A stretch of 64,000 bases of DNA from Vulcanimicrobiota bacterium (lineage in GTDB: Bacteria; Vulcanimicrobiota; Vulcanimicrobiia; Vulcanimicrobiales; Vulcanimicrobiaceae): NCBI GenBank assembly GCA_963795855.1, contig CAWCIZ010000001.1, forward strand, positions 288,001 to 352,000. Direction: 5' to 3'. This document shows positions 21,616-31,175 of the stretch, piece by piece (within the stretch, counting starts at the first letter, position 1; each line of letters starts with the position of its first letter). The position numbers and the translations under genes were made by a program. A model generated the notes under the pieces. That model worked only from the letters and a program-made list of their open reading frames with translations, did not search any database and was not told the DNA's origin.

Positions 21616-22668
21616 CTATTTCGTGCGGAAGAGTTCCTCTCCGAGCGGTGCAAAGGACGTCGTCGAATGCTGCGCCGCCGCGGCCGCGGTGTGCGGGCTG
21701 CCCAAGCGTAGACGGCGATTGCGGAAGTCGATGGATCGGACGGTCACCTCGATGGGTTCACCGATTTCGTAATCTTCGGGATTCACTTCACGATCGCTGA
21801 TGCTGCCGGTAACGCCGGGCGCGATCTCGACGTCCAGGCGGCGATCCTTGCCGATCACTTTGCCTTCGACGGTCTTGCCTTGTTTGAGCATCTCCGCATG
21901 TTCGCGCCAGGGATCGCTGAGCGCGCCCTTGCGCGACGCGGCGATTTTCTTGCCGTTCTGCTCGACGCGAAGAATGCGAACGGTGAGTTTTTCTCCCACG
22001 TGCACGACGTCGGCGGGTTTCTCGACGCGCTCGAACGCAAGTTCGCTCACCGGAACGAGAGCGTCGACGCCGGAACCGAGATCCACGAACGCCCCGAAGT
22101 CGGTGAGCCGTACGACGGTCGATTCGCGCTGTTCGCCGACTTTGAGTGCGCGAATCAATTCCTGACGATCGCCGCGACGCTGCTCCGCGAGCGCTCGACG
22201 ATGCGAAACGACGACGCGTTTGCGCGCTTCGTCGACGTCGAGCACTTTCAGCGGCACCGTCTCCTTGACCAAGCTCTCGAGCGGCGTACCTTTGGGCACT
22301 CCGGTTTGCGACGCCGGCAAAAATCCGCGATATCCCCAGATATCCACAAGCAGACCGCCCTTTACGGGTGTCTTGACCACGCCTTCCACGGTTTCGCCGC
22401 TTCCCTTCGCATCCACCAGCCGCTGCCAATTCGCCTGCGCTGCCTTGCGGCGCTCGTCCGCGGCATGCTGCTTCTCTTCGTCGGGCGCTTGTAGAGGAGG
22501 CTGCTCTTGCTGCTGCGCTTGTGCGGGAGGCTGCTCTTGCTGCTGCGCTTGTGCGGGAGGCTGCTCTTGCTGCTGCGCTTGTGCGGGAGGCTGCTCTTGC
22601 TGCTGCGCTTGTACGGGAGGCTGCTCTTGCTGTTCGGTGGGTTGCTCGTTCACTAGGTCTTCGTTCAT
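21616..22668 (-). CDS. Ribosomal protein S1-like RNA-binding protein (three S1 domains) with Gln/Pro-repeat N-terminus
   Basis: VKGGLLVDI.G.RGFLPASQ, LTDFGAFVDLG.GVDALVPVSEL and a third degenerate S1 domain. Confidence 0.88.
   Translation of the reverse strand: MNEDLVNEQPTEQQEQPPVQAQQQEQPPAQAQQQEQPPAQAQQQEQPPAQAQQQEQPPLQAPDEEKQHAADERRKAAQANWQRLVDAKGSGETVEGVVKTPVKGGLLVDIWGYRGFLPASQTGVPKGTPLESLVKETVPLKVLDVDEARKRVVVSHRRALAEQRRGDRQELIRALKVGEQRESTVVRLTDFGAFVDLGSGVDALVPVSELAFERVEKPADVVHVGEKLTVRILRVEQNGKKIAASRKGALSDPWREHAEMLKQGKTVEGKVIGKDRRLDVEIAPGVTGSISDREVNPEDYEIGEPIEVTVRSIDFRNRRLRLGSPHTAAAAAQHSTTSFAPLGEELFRTK
22485..22633. repeat. 30-bp tandem repeat, about 5 copies (encodes QQQEQPPAQA)
   Basis: Unit GCGCTTGTGCGGGAGGCTGCTCTTGCTGCT repeated in tandem within the S1-like gene. 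Confidence 0.95.
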
Positions 22669-22698
22669 GGTGGGCCGTGCGGTCTTCGCCGCCTTTCT

Positions 22699-23913
22699 TC
22701 AAAGCACTTGCTTGAGGTACGAGATTGTGGCGCCCGTCACGACTGCGAAGACGATCCATCCTGCGGCTTGCAGCCACAGCGGGGGACGAAAGCTTCCCAT
22801 CAGCGTTCTGCTGCTTGCGGCGAGCAATACGAAAAACAACGTGATCGGCGTCGCGAGGCCGCCGGCGATCGACGCGGCGAACAAGAGCCGTATCGGCTGC
22901 ACGCCGATGAACGAAATGCCTATCGCGATTACGAGCGTCGCAATGACGACCCCGTAGAAAAAAGGCGCCTGTTGAAACTTTGCGTCGATGCCTTTTCGGC
23001 GTCCGAACATTTCGGCCGCAACGTACGCGCTCGTTCCCGCAAGAACGGGAAGCGCGATCAGGCTCGAGCCCAGTAAACCGATTCCGAACAACAGCGACGC
23101 CCACCGTCCGGCAAGCGGCCTGAGCGCGTTTGCGGCATCCTGCGCCGTTTGCACCTCGTGATGACGCACGCCGAGCGTCGCGCCCGTTGCAACCAGGATG
23201 AACCAAAATACGCACCCTGCAATAACCGTTCCAATCGCAGCGTCGGCTTGGACCAGACCGAGGTTTTGCAGTTTCGGGCGCTCTTCCGACATCTCGATCG
23301 TTTCCCAAACGTACGCGTACGCCGTGAGCGTCGTTCCGAGCAGCGCGATGACGCCCGCGGAAAATGCGCGGTCGAGCCGCATATGTGGAACCAGCGTGTG
23401 GTAGAGCACGTCGTGCCAGCGAGGATGCGCCATGAACGACGCGGCCGCATATGCCAGGAACACGAGTGGAATGTAGATCAAAAAGCGCTGGACCGCGCGA
23501 TAATTCGCAAATGTCAGCATCGCCGCGGTCAGCGCCGCGAGCGGTACGACGAACCAGCGGTAATCGAACCCCGAAAGCAGTTGGAGCGCCGCGGCTCCGC
23601 CTTCGATATCCGCGGCGAGCGTGAGTTGGTTCACGATGAACACCGCAAAGAGCACGATTATTGCGACGACCTTGCCGTAGCGGCTCTTCACGATCGTTTC
23701 CAAACCTTCGCCGCAGACCGCGCCGACGCGCCCGCTGATCGCCTGTACCGCCGCGAGCATTGGGATGATCAAAATCACCAGCCACCCGAGCGCGTAGACG
23801 GTTGTGCTCCCGATCACCGCGAGCGTTGCGACGGTTGTCGGATCGTTGTCGGAGGCACCGGAAATAATGCCCGGGCCGAGCAGTCGCCACCACTGCTCTC
23901 GGCGATTTTTCAT
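22699..23913 (-). CDS. NRAMP-family divalent metal transporter
   Basis: LGPGIISGASDNDP and ALLGTTLTAY motifs; about 11 TM segments. Confidence 0.9.
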   Translation of the reverse strand: MKNRREQWWRLLGPGIISGASDNDPTTVATLAVIGSTTVYALGWLVILIIPMLAAVQAISGRVGAVCGEGLETIVKSRYGKVVAIIVLFAVFIVNQLTLAADIEGGAAALQLLSGFDYRWFVVPLAALTAAMLTFANYRAVQRFLIYIPLVFLAYAAASFMAHPRWHDVLYHTLVPHMRLDRAFSAGVIALLGTTLTAYAYVWETIEMSEERPKLQNLGLVQADAAIGTVIAGCVFWFILVATGATLGVRHHEVQTAQDAANALRPLAGRWASLLFGIGLLGSSLIALPVLAGTSAYVAAEMFGRRKGIDAKFQQAPFFYGVVIATLVIAIGISFIGVQPIRLLFAASIAGGLATPITLFFVLLAASSRTLMGSFRPPLWLQAAGWIVFAVVTGATISYLKQVL

Positions 23914-24012
23914 CTACCGCGCTCCTTACCCCGATAACGGCGAGAACCGCTACTCAAGCTTTACGCCGCGGCGGTAACGAATTTCAAACCGCTGACGATT
24001 GTATAAAGAGGA

Positions 24013-25269
24013 ATGAGAAGCCCGGTATCGCTTATGCGAGACCGCAATTTTCTGTTGTTGTGGTCCGGTCAGTTCGTCAGCGATTTCGGCAGTCAGCTCT
24101 CCATCTTTGCACTGCCTGTAGTCGCCATTTTAGTACTCCACGCTACCGCGCTCCAAGTTGCGACGCTGCAAAGCGTCGAGTTCGCGACGATTTCGGTCGT
24201 TGCGATAATCGCCGGCGCCCTAGCGGATCGCCACCGGCGCAAGTACGTCATGATGGTGACGAACGCAATCCGGCTTATCACCATGCTCACGGTTCCGCTC
24301 GCGTACGGCTTAGGCAAACTCACGCTCGCGCAACTGTTCGTCTGCGCGATCGTTGCGAGTGCAGCATCCGTGATGTTCGACGTAGCGTATCAAGCCCTGG
24401 TTCCTTCGCTCGTTGGACGGGAGCGTCTCGCCGACGGGAATGCCAAGCTTTCTATGAGCGGATCCGTGGCGGAGGCGATTGGGCAATCGACGGGCGGGGC
24501 GCTGGTGCAAATCCTCGGTGCGCCGTTTGCGATGCTCGCCGACGCCATGACGTTCGTGATCTCGCTCACGACGCTCTGGCGCATGCGGCACGACGAGCCG
24601 AAACTCGCGGCGCAACCTGCGGCGGATGCCGGCGACCATTCACTGCGCGCGTTCGCGAACGAGACGCTCGCGGGTTTTCGTGAGATCTATGAAAAGCCGG
24701 CGCTACGCATGGTCGCGCTGATGACGGCTACGAACTATCTGGGCGGGTCCATCGTCACCGCGATCTTGCCGGTACTGATCTACCGGCAGCTCCATTTATC
24801 GGCGGAGGCCGTGGGCATCATCATGGGCCTCGCCAACGTGGGGATGATCGGCGCCTTTACGGCCAAACCGCTGCAAAAGCTCTTTGGGGAGCGCGGTGCG
24901 CTGGGCAGCGCGGTGCTCATTTCCGGCGTCGGCAAGCTGCTGTACCTGGCGGCGAATCTTTCACCGCTGGGCGCGATCTTGTTCGGCCGTCTGCTCATCA
25001 CGTTTGCGGGACCGATGTACGACGTGACTCAGCAAACGTATCGTGTTGCGTTCATCGACGAGCCGCTCATGGGCCGCGTCGCGGCGGCCTTTCGCGCCGT
25101 CACCTGGGCGACGCTTCCGATTGGGTCGCTGGCGGGCGGCATTCTCGCCACGACGTGCGGCGTGCAGCACGCAATCTTTGTCGGAAGCACGATCTCGTTC
25201 TGTGCCATTTTGTGGCTCGGAACGCGGGTGCACTCCAGAGCCGAAGGGCGCCTCGCCGCTGCCGCATAG
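24013..25269 (+). CDS. MFS transporter (DHA3/MefA-like)
   Basis: RNFLLLWSGQFVSDFG, GALADR.RRK, LMGRV.A. Confidence 0.9.
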   Translation: MRSPVSLMRDRNFLLLWSGQFVSDFGSQLSIFALPVVAILVLHATALQVATLQSVEFATISVVAIIAGALADRHRRKYVMMVTNAIRLITMLTVPLAYGLGKLTLAQLFVCAIVASAASVMFDVAYQALVPSLVGRERLADGNAKLSMSGSVAEAIGQSTGGALVQILGAPFAMLADAMTFVISLTTLWRMRHDEPKLAAQPAADAGDHSLRAFANETLAGFREIYEKPALRMVALMTATNYLGGSIVTAILPVLIYRQLHLSAEAVGIIMGLANVGMIGAFTAKPLQKLFGERGALGSAVLISGVGKLLYLAANLSPLGAILFGRLLITFAGPMYDVTQQTYRVAFIDEPLMGRVAAAFRAVTWATLPIGSLAGGILATTCGVQHAIFVGSTISFCAILWLGTRVHSRAEGRLAAAA

Positions 25270-25318
25270 GCTGGAGAATGCAGGCGCGTAAGACGCAAGG
25301 CGACGAACTCCGCCGTTC

Positions 25319-26254
25319 GTGACCTCAAAAAACATGCTTCTCGCGAATCCCCGCGGCTTTTGCGCCGGCGTCGACCGGGCCATCGCCGTGGTCGATCAGC
25401 TGCTCGACCAGCACGGCGGGCCGATCTACGTGCGAAAAGAAATCGTGCACAATCGGCAAGTCGTGGAACGGCTGCGCGCGCGGGGCGCGATTTTCGTGGA
25501 AGAAGTCGACGAGGCGCCCGAAGGTGCGATTCTGGTGTTCAGCGCGCACGGCATCTCGCCGGAGGTGCGGCGCAAAGCTGCCGAGCGGCGCCTGCGCGTG
25601 GTCGACGCGACGTGTCCGCTCGTTTCAAAGGTGCATTACGAGGCGACGAAGTTCGCGAAGGCCGGGCTGCACGTGCTGCTGATCGGGCATGCGGAGCACG
25701 ACGAGGTCATCGGCACGATGGGTGAGATTCCCGGGCAGATTTCGCTGGTTGAAGACGTTGCCGCCGTAGAACACGTCACCGTGCCCGATCCGGACCGCGT
25801 CGCGGTTATCACGCAAACGACGCTGAGTGTCGATGAAACGCGCGACATCATGGATGCGGTGCGGCGCAAATTTCCGAATGTTCGCACCCCTGCGCGCGAC
25901 GATATCTGCTACGCGACGCAGAACCGGCAGGACGCGGTGCGCGATCTCGCCCGTCAATCGGACGTCGTCATCGTCGTCGGATCGCAGAACAGTTCGAATT
26001 CGCTTCGCCTGCGCGAACTTGCCGAGCAACTCGGCCCGAAGGCGTACTTAGTCGATCGCGCCGATCAAGTGCAGCGCGCTTGGTTGGAGGGTGCGCAACG
26101 CGTGGGCGTCACATCGGGTGCGTCGTCTCCGGAAGATTTGACGCAAGCCATCGTAACGCGTTTGCGTGAATTCGGCGCGTTCGAGATTACCGAGTTCGGC
26201 GAACCCGAGCCCGAAATAATCTTCACGATGCCGCGCGAGATTTCACTGATCTAA
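25319..26254 (+). CDS. ispH: 4-hydroxy-3-methylbut-2-enyl diphosphate reductase
   Basis: PRGFCAGVDRA, IVHN, FSAHG, DATCPLV, DICYATQNRQ, SSNS. Confidence 0.97.
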   Translation: MTSKNMLLANPRGFCAGVDRAIAVVDQLLDQHGGPIYVRKEIVHNRQVVERLRARGAIFVEEVDEAPEGAILVFSAHGISPEVRRKAAERRLRVVDATCPLVSKVHYEATKFAKAGLHVLLIGHAEHDEVIGTMGEIPGQISLVEDVAAVEHVTVPDPDRVAVITQTTLSVDETRDIMDAVRRKFPNVRTPARDDICYATQNRQDAVRDLARQSDVVIVVGSQNSSNSLRLRELAEQLGPKAYLVDRADQVQRAWLEGAQRVGVTSGASSPEDLTQAIVTRLREFGAFEITEFGEPEPEIIFTMPREISLI

Positions 26255-26305
26255 CCGTCCGAAAGCCCGGCTACTTTCGCGGCCGCTTGCGGGAATAAGC
26301 GCGCC

Positions 26306-27475
26306 ATGAAAGCAGTCGTTTTTCATGGCTCCGGCGACATCCGGTTTGAGGACGTCAACCGCCCGAAGATCTTGCACGACAACGATGCCGTCATCGAAAC
26401 GACGGCCAGCGCCATTTGCGGCACGGATCTGCACTTCATCCGCGGTTCGATGCCGCCGCTGAAGAAAGGCAAAATTCTCGGCCACGAGGCCGTCGGCATC
26501 GTGCGCGAAACCGGAAAGAACGCGCGCAATCTGCGGGAAGGCGATCGCGTCGTGGTTGGTTCGACAATCGCGTGCGGGTATTGCAGCTATTGCCGAGACT
26601 CGTACTATTCCAAGTGCGACAACGCGAACCCGAACGGTCCCGAACACACGGCGTTCTTCGGCGGACCGGAAGAAGCCGGGCCGTTCGAGGGACTGCAAGC
26701 GGAGTTTGCGCGTATTCCGTTCGCGAACGTCGGGGCCGTCAAATTACCTGACGACGTCAGCGACGACGACGCGATCTTGCTCTCCGACATCCTGCCGACG
26801 GCGTATTTTGCAGCGGACATGGCAAGCATCAAGCCGGGGCATAGCGTTGCCGTGCTCGGATGCGGCCCGGTAGGACAGATGGCGATCGCGTGCGCGAAAC
26901 TCTACGACGCGGGGCGCATCTTCGCCGTCGACGCGGAGCCGTCTCGCATGGAGGTCGCACGCAAACAAGGCGCGGAAGTCGTGGACTTTTCGAAAGAAGA
27001 GCCGACGAACGTGATCAAGGAACTGACCGGAGGTATCGGCGTCGATGCGGTGATCGACGCGGTCGGCGTCGACGCGTACAAGAAAGCTCATCCGCCCAAG
27101 CAATGGGCAAAAGGCGATGCGCCGGAGATGCCGCTTGCCGGTGCGATCGAGATGGTCGCGAAAGCGGGCCACATTTCGATCGTCGGGCTCTATCCCGCCG
27201 GATTCAATCAAATCGATTTGGGCAAAGCGTTCGGGAAGAACCTCACGATTCGGATGGGCGATTGCCCACACCGCCGGTACCTGCCCAAACTGGTGCGCAT
27301 GGTTGCCGCGGGGCTGCTGCGCCCGTCGAACATTCTTACCAAACGGCTGGCGTTCAGCGATGCGATCGAGGCGTACAAAGCGTTCGATTCGCACGCCGAA
27401 GGCTGGCTCAAAGTCGAACTCGTTCCGTCCGCGACGCGCAAGACGGCCGAAAAGGGCGAACTCGTTACCGCCTAG
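26306..27475 (+). CDS. Zn-dependent alcohol/formaldehyde dehydrogenase-like (MDR)
   Basis: ICGTDLH, GHE, CGYCSYC...C, LSDILPT, GCGPVG. Confidence 0.92.
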   Translation: MKAVVFHGSGDIRFEDVNRPKILHDNDAVIETTASAICGTDLHFIRGSMPPLKKGKILGHEAVGIVRETGKNARNLREGDRVVVGSTIACGYCSYCRDSYYSKCDNANPNGPEHTAFFGGPEEAGPFEGLQAEFARIPFANVGAVKLPDDVSDDDAILLSDILPTAYFAADMASIKPGHSVAVLGCGPVGQMAIACAKLYDAGRIFAVDAEPSRMEVARKQGAEVVDFSKEEPTNVIKELTGGIGVDAVIDAVGVDAYKKAHPPKQWAKGDAPEMPLAGAIEMVAKAGHISIVGLYPAGFNQIDLGKAFGKNLTIRMGDCPHRRYLPKLVRMVAAGLLRPSNILTKRLAFSDAIEAYKAFDSHAEGWLKVELVPSATRKTAEKGELVTA

Positions 27476-27535
27476 GCGTGCACATGGTGGGGCGGCGCGC
27501 TTTCGCCGCCCTTGCATGCGTTTACTCAGCGTTGA

Positions 27536-27988
27536 TTAGGTTGAAAACGATTGCAGCGGAACAGCGGTACAACTGCTGCCGTTGTACTCCTGCAACCGCA
27601 CCGTCCACGTCATTCCAGCGGGCAATTGACTGAACGACGAGGCGTAGTAGAAATCGGATCCATAAGGCGTAAAGCCGTTACCCGGAACCAAACTCAAATT
27701 GCTTCCCGTAATCGTGTTGCCGTTCTGATCCGTCAGGGTCAGATTCCAGTTGCTATACGTGCTGTAAAGCGTATTATTGTTGCTGTTGGCCACAATCATG
27801 ACGCGTCCGATAGTGGTCGAAACGCCGGTTTGCCCGGCGGTAGGACTCGCGAGTTCCACTTGCGTGCCCGGATTGCACTGCGGCGTCGGATTCAAGCCGC
27901 CGAGTATGCCGCCGATGCCGGAGCCGCCGCCGCACGCGGTGAGCGCCAGGACGAGTACGGCGCCAAGAGTAAGTCGAACGAATGACAT
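27536..27988 (-). CDS. Hypothetical lipoprotein
   Basis: MSFVRLTLGAVLVLALTACGGG lipobox, followed by an Ig-like Thr/Asn-rich domain. Confidence 0.75.
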   Translation of the reverse strand: MSFVRLTLGAVLVLALTACGGGSGIGGILGGLNPTPQCNPGTQVELASPTAGQTGVSTTIGRVMIVANSNNNTLYSTYSNWNLTLTDQNGNTITGSNLSLVPGNGFTPYGSDFYYASSFSQLPAGMTWTVRLQEYNGSSCTAVPLQSFST

Positions 27989-28088
27989 GGTGCTGTTGTT
28001 CCCTCCGTTCGTTGAAACGCTGAGCGCGCGGCAGATATCCTGAGGGAATCCTGGGAAATCGGATGCTCGCCCGAGTAGAAGAGGAAGT

Positions 28089-28535
28089 TTGAAACGCATC
28101 GTGGTCGGATCGATGACCGACGCGCAGGCGTACCGGCCGCATGAAGGCGAGCGGTACGCCGTCTTGTCGTTCGTGGACGTCGGGGTGGAGGTTCCTCACG
28201 TCGAGCGCCGTGCAGGTTTTACGGAACGCCTCGTAATCCATGCGGACGACTGCATGCCGGACGATCCGCCCTTCAACGGCCGCCGTCTTCGCCCGCTTTC
28301 CGATGCGCAGGCGCAGCAAGTAGCGCGGTTCGTTCACGCCAATGCCGAACGGATCGACACGCTGTTCATTCACTGCCACGCCGGCATATCGCGATCGCCC
28401 GGGGCAGCAATGGCCATCGCCGAAGCGCTCGCGATCGCAGAAATCGAAATGATGAACGGCGACGAGATCGCTCCGAACGCGCACGTGCGCGAGAGCGTTC
28501 GCGCGGCATTGGAACGGCAGACCCGCGCGCGCTGA
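28089..28535 (+). CDS. Cys-dependent protein-tyrosine/dual-specificity phosphatase-like protein
   Basis: HCHAGISRS (CX5R) and downstream PN..V motif. Confidence 0.8.
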   Translation: MKRIVVGSMTDAQAYRPHEGERYAVLSFVDVGVEVPHVERRAGFTERLVIHADDCMPDDPPFNGRRLRPLSDAQAQQVARFVHANAERIDTLFIHCHAGISRSPGAAMAIAEALAIAEIEMMNGDEIAPNAHVRESVRAALERQTRAR

Positions 28536-28552
28536 GCGGGTACAAGCCGTTC

Positions 28553-29212
28553 GTGCACATTTTCGGCTTCAACCTCGACCACGTGCTGCAGACGTACGGG
28601 TACTGGGCCGTCTGCGGCCTCGTATTCTTGGAAACGACCGGCGTACCCGCACCCGGCGAAACGATGCTCATTGCCGCCGGCGCATATGCCGGCGCGACGC
28701 ATCATTTGTCGATCGTTCTGGTGATAGCGGCGGCCGCCGGTGCGGCCATCCTGGGAGATAATGCGGGTTTTTGGATCGGGCGCGAGGGCGGATGGCGGCT
28801 GCTGTGCCGGTACGGTCACATGGTGCACGTCAAACCGTACATGCTCAAAGTCGGCGTTTACGTGTTCCGCCTCCACGGATCCAAGATCGTGTATTTCGGA
28901 CGCTTCATTCCGGTCTTGCGAACCTGGGGCGCGCTGCTCACCGGCGTGAACCGCTATCCGTGGAACAAGTTTTTGCCGTGGAACGCATTCGGGGCGATCA
29001 GTTGGGCAACGCTTTGGGGCGTGCTCGCGTTTATGTTCGGAAAAGCGCTCGAGCACATGGAAACGTGGGCGTCGATTGCAGCAGTCGCAGTTGCGCTGTG
29101 CGTCACGGTCGTTTCGGCGTGGCTTGTCAAACGGCGAGCGGCGGAACTGCGCGAATGCGCGGAACGCGCCTTTCCGGGTGAGTTGTGCGACATCGACCGA
29201 AAAGCAGCGTAG
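28553..29212 (+). CDS. DedA family membrane protein
   Basis: LETTGVPAPGET, GDN.GFWIGR, GRFIPVLR. Confidence 0.93.
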   Translation: MHIFGFNLDHVLQTYGYWAVCGLVFLETTGVPAPGETMLIAAGAYAGATHHLSIVLVIAAAAGAAILGDNAGFWIGREGGWRLLCRYGHMVHVKPYMLKVGVYVFRLHGSKIVYFGRFIPVLRTWGALLTGVNRYPWNKFLPWNAFGAISWATLWGVLAFMFGKALEHMETWASIAAVAVALCVTVVSAWLVKRRAAELRECAERAFPGELCDIDRKAA

Positions 29213-29218
29213 CATCGG

Positions 29219-29887
29219 TCACGGCGTAATATCTTCGATCGTCCCATCCGCACAAAGCAGCACAGCTTTCTCGAAGGTATTGCGCACGAAGAGTTGCGCA
29301 TAGGCGTGCCGGTAGACGTCGGCCGGCGTAACGCCGGCGGCATCCGCGATCACCAGCCACCGATTGCCCTTGAACGCACTCCCGCGCCCGCTTCCGATCT
29401 CAACTTCGATGCCTGCGATAAGCGCTTGCGCCGCGTCCAAAACAATCTCCGGATCGGAATCGGCGTTGTGCACGAATCCCAGCAGTTTTGACGTACTCGG
29501 CAAGTCGCAATTCACGATCCGAACGTGGACGTGGTTGCCGCTCAGCGTTTCTTCGAACTCTGCTCGCGAGCGGCTGCTTAGAGCGCTGCGGATTCGCTCT
29601 CCCAAAGCGGCAACCGTTTTCGACGGCAGACGTATCGGTGCCGTGACGGTAACGAGGACGGCCTTGCCATCGGGTATCAAATCGCACATGTCATCGCGCA
29701 AGTCCGCAATAACCCGCTGCGCGACTTTATCGAAACGGATTCGGGGTTTCGCCACGCGCGCTGAAGCGGAGCTGCCGCGCGTGATGAGAGCGACATCGAT
29801 GAGAGCTCGCCTTAGCTCGAAGGCCTGCGAAAAATGCCGTGCGACGGCCTGGATTGCGGCTCGTCTTCGCGTTATCAGCGTGCCCAT
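29219..29887 (-). CDS. Hypothetical protein
   Basis: 222-aa ORF with plausible composition; no motif recognised. Confidence 0.55.
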   Translation of the reverse strand: MGTLITRRRAAIQAVARHFSQAFELRRALIDVALITRGSSASARVAKPRIRFDKVAQRVIADLRDDMCDLIPDGKAVLVTVTAPIRLPSKTVAALGERIRSALSSRSRAEFEETLSGNHVHVRIVNCDLPSTSKLLGFVHNADSDPEIVLDAAQALIAGIEVEIGSGRGSAFKGNRWLVIADAAGVTPADVYRHAYAQLFVRNTFEKAVLLCADGTIEDITP

Positions 29888-29958
29888 GGGTTGAGGTCCA
29901 TAGTTAGGCGCATGGTTGGCTAATCACTTGGGAACAACCGAATCGAGAGAAATCTGAA

Positions 29959-30492
29959 ATGCGCCCACGGCTACGCCTTTTCGGTACGGTTGCCGCTTCG
30001 GTGTCGCTTCTCGCCGCCTGCGGTGGGGCAGGCGCTACTCCCGCCATGTCGGTGACGGCGACGGAATCGCCGGCGCAAACGCCCGCCTCCGCCGCTACGT
30101 GTCCGCCGCCGTCGCCTGGACCGGCCCCGTTTCCGGCGTGGCTCGCATATCCGCCCAGCGGCACCACGAACGTCGCTACAACCATCGGCGAGATCATCGA
30201 AAAGGGCGCGGACGCTCCGAATGAAGGGGTGACGATCACGGTGTCATCGGCGAATGGGAGCATCGCACTGGGTATACCTATAGCGGCGCCGTCGCCGTAT
30301 CCCACGCCTTTTGCGACGCCGCCGCCCACGTTTCCATTATCGGGTTTTCCGTATCTCGCCATTCCGTTGCCGACCTTATCGCCGTCCACGACGTACACCG
30401 TGAACGATGTCTACACGGGCTGGGCGAACAACCCGCCGCAATGCAGCGCACAAGTCACGCAATTCGTCGGCACGTTCGAGACGGGTTTATAA
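29959..30492 (+). CDS. Hypothetical Pro-rich lipoprotein
   Basis: Lipobox LAACGG; Pro/Thr-rich. Confidence 0.7.
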   Translation: MRPRLRLFGTVAASVSLLAACGGAGATPAMSVTATESPAQTPASAATCPPPSPGPAPFPAWLAYPPSGTTNVATTIGEIIEKGADAPNEGVTITVSSANGSIALGIPIAAPSPYPTPFATPPPTFPLSGFPYLAIPLPTLSPSTTYTVNDVYTGWANNPPQCSAQVTQFVGTFETGL

Positions 30493-30533
30493 GGCGCGCA
30501 ATAACGCCCTAGAAAGCTTTAGTAAGAGGCGAC

Positions 30534-30929
30534 ATGTTCAGACTAAAGATATTCGCGTTTGCCTGTATTACGTGCGTCGTGACCGCCGGCTGCGGCGGCG
30601 GTAAATCCATGACAACGCTGCCTCGGTTACCGCTTTCTCTAAAGGCTTCCGTTGACGCCGGTAATACGGTGGACGTGACCGCGCCGCACTCGCTCAACTT
30701 GCCCAATATCGGCGATTCCGGCGTCTTAACCGCGTACGAAGGGAACCAACAAGTGTCGTTCTCACTTTCGCCCGACGCCGCATGTATGGGCGTCGTCGAC
30801 ATTTCGCCCGAAGCGAACGCCATGCAGCAGACCGTCACCGCGAGTAGTTCGGGGCAATGCAACGCCACCGTCCAAGCGAGTGACGGAAGCACGGCGACGT
30901 TGGCGATATTCTCCCTACCGCCGCCCTAG
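30534..30929 (+). CDS. Hypothetical lipoprotein
   Basis: Lipobox TAGCGGG; GAGG RBS upstream. Confidence 0.7.
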   Translation: MFRLKIFAFACITCVVTAGCGGGKSMTTLPRLPLSLKASVDAGNTVDVTAPHSLNLPNIGDSGVLTAYEGNQQVSFSLSPDAACMGVVDISPEANAMQQTVTASSSGQCNATVQASDGSTATLAIFSLPPP

Positions 30930-30970
30930 TGGTAAGCGAACAGCCCGACCGCGGCGCTGCAACGACGGGC

Positions 30971-31006
30971 AAAAATAAAAAACGCCGACGAGATCGGCGT
31001 TTTTAC
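30971..31006. terminator. Intrinsic terminator downstream of tRNA-Val(GAC)
   Basis: AAAAACGCCGA-CGAGA-TCGGCGTTTTT inverted repeat. Confidence 0.8.
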
Positions 31007-31008
31007 AA

Positions 31009-31083
31009 TGGTGGGCGGTAGAAGGATTGAACTTCTGACCTCTTCCGTGTCAAGGAAGCGCTCTCCCACTGAGCTAACCGCCC
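31009..31083 (-). tRNA. tRNA-Val(GAC)
   Basis: Reverse complement GGGCGGTTAGCTCAGTGGGAGAGCGCTTCC-TTGACAC-GGAAGAGGTCAGAAGTTCAATCCTTCTACCGCCCACCA. Confidence 0.97.
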
Positions 31084-31175
31084 GCGCTTTGAGAACCGGC
31101 CGAGTATAGCAAAGGACCCCGCGGCCGTCAAACGATTTGCGTCAACGGTTGCGGGGCCCTCTTTAGTGCTGCGGT

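Noticed and set aside
22485..22633. CRISPR-like repeat or Cys-rich peptide on the + strand
   Set aside because: A spacerless 30-bp tandem repeat, in frame within the S1-like gene. The + strand Cys-rich ORF is its shadow.
21788..23893. 701-aa and other long Arg/Ala-rich ORFs in alternative frames
   Set aside because: Shadow ORFs typical of high-GC DNA that overlap well-supported genes.
27476..27520. TGGTGGGGCGG resembling the tRNA-Val(GAC) 3' end (possible att)
   Set aside because: The match is too short and gapped, and the sequence is better explained as a hairpin between convergent genes.
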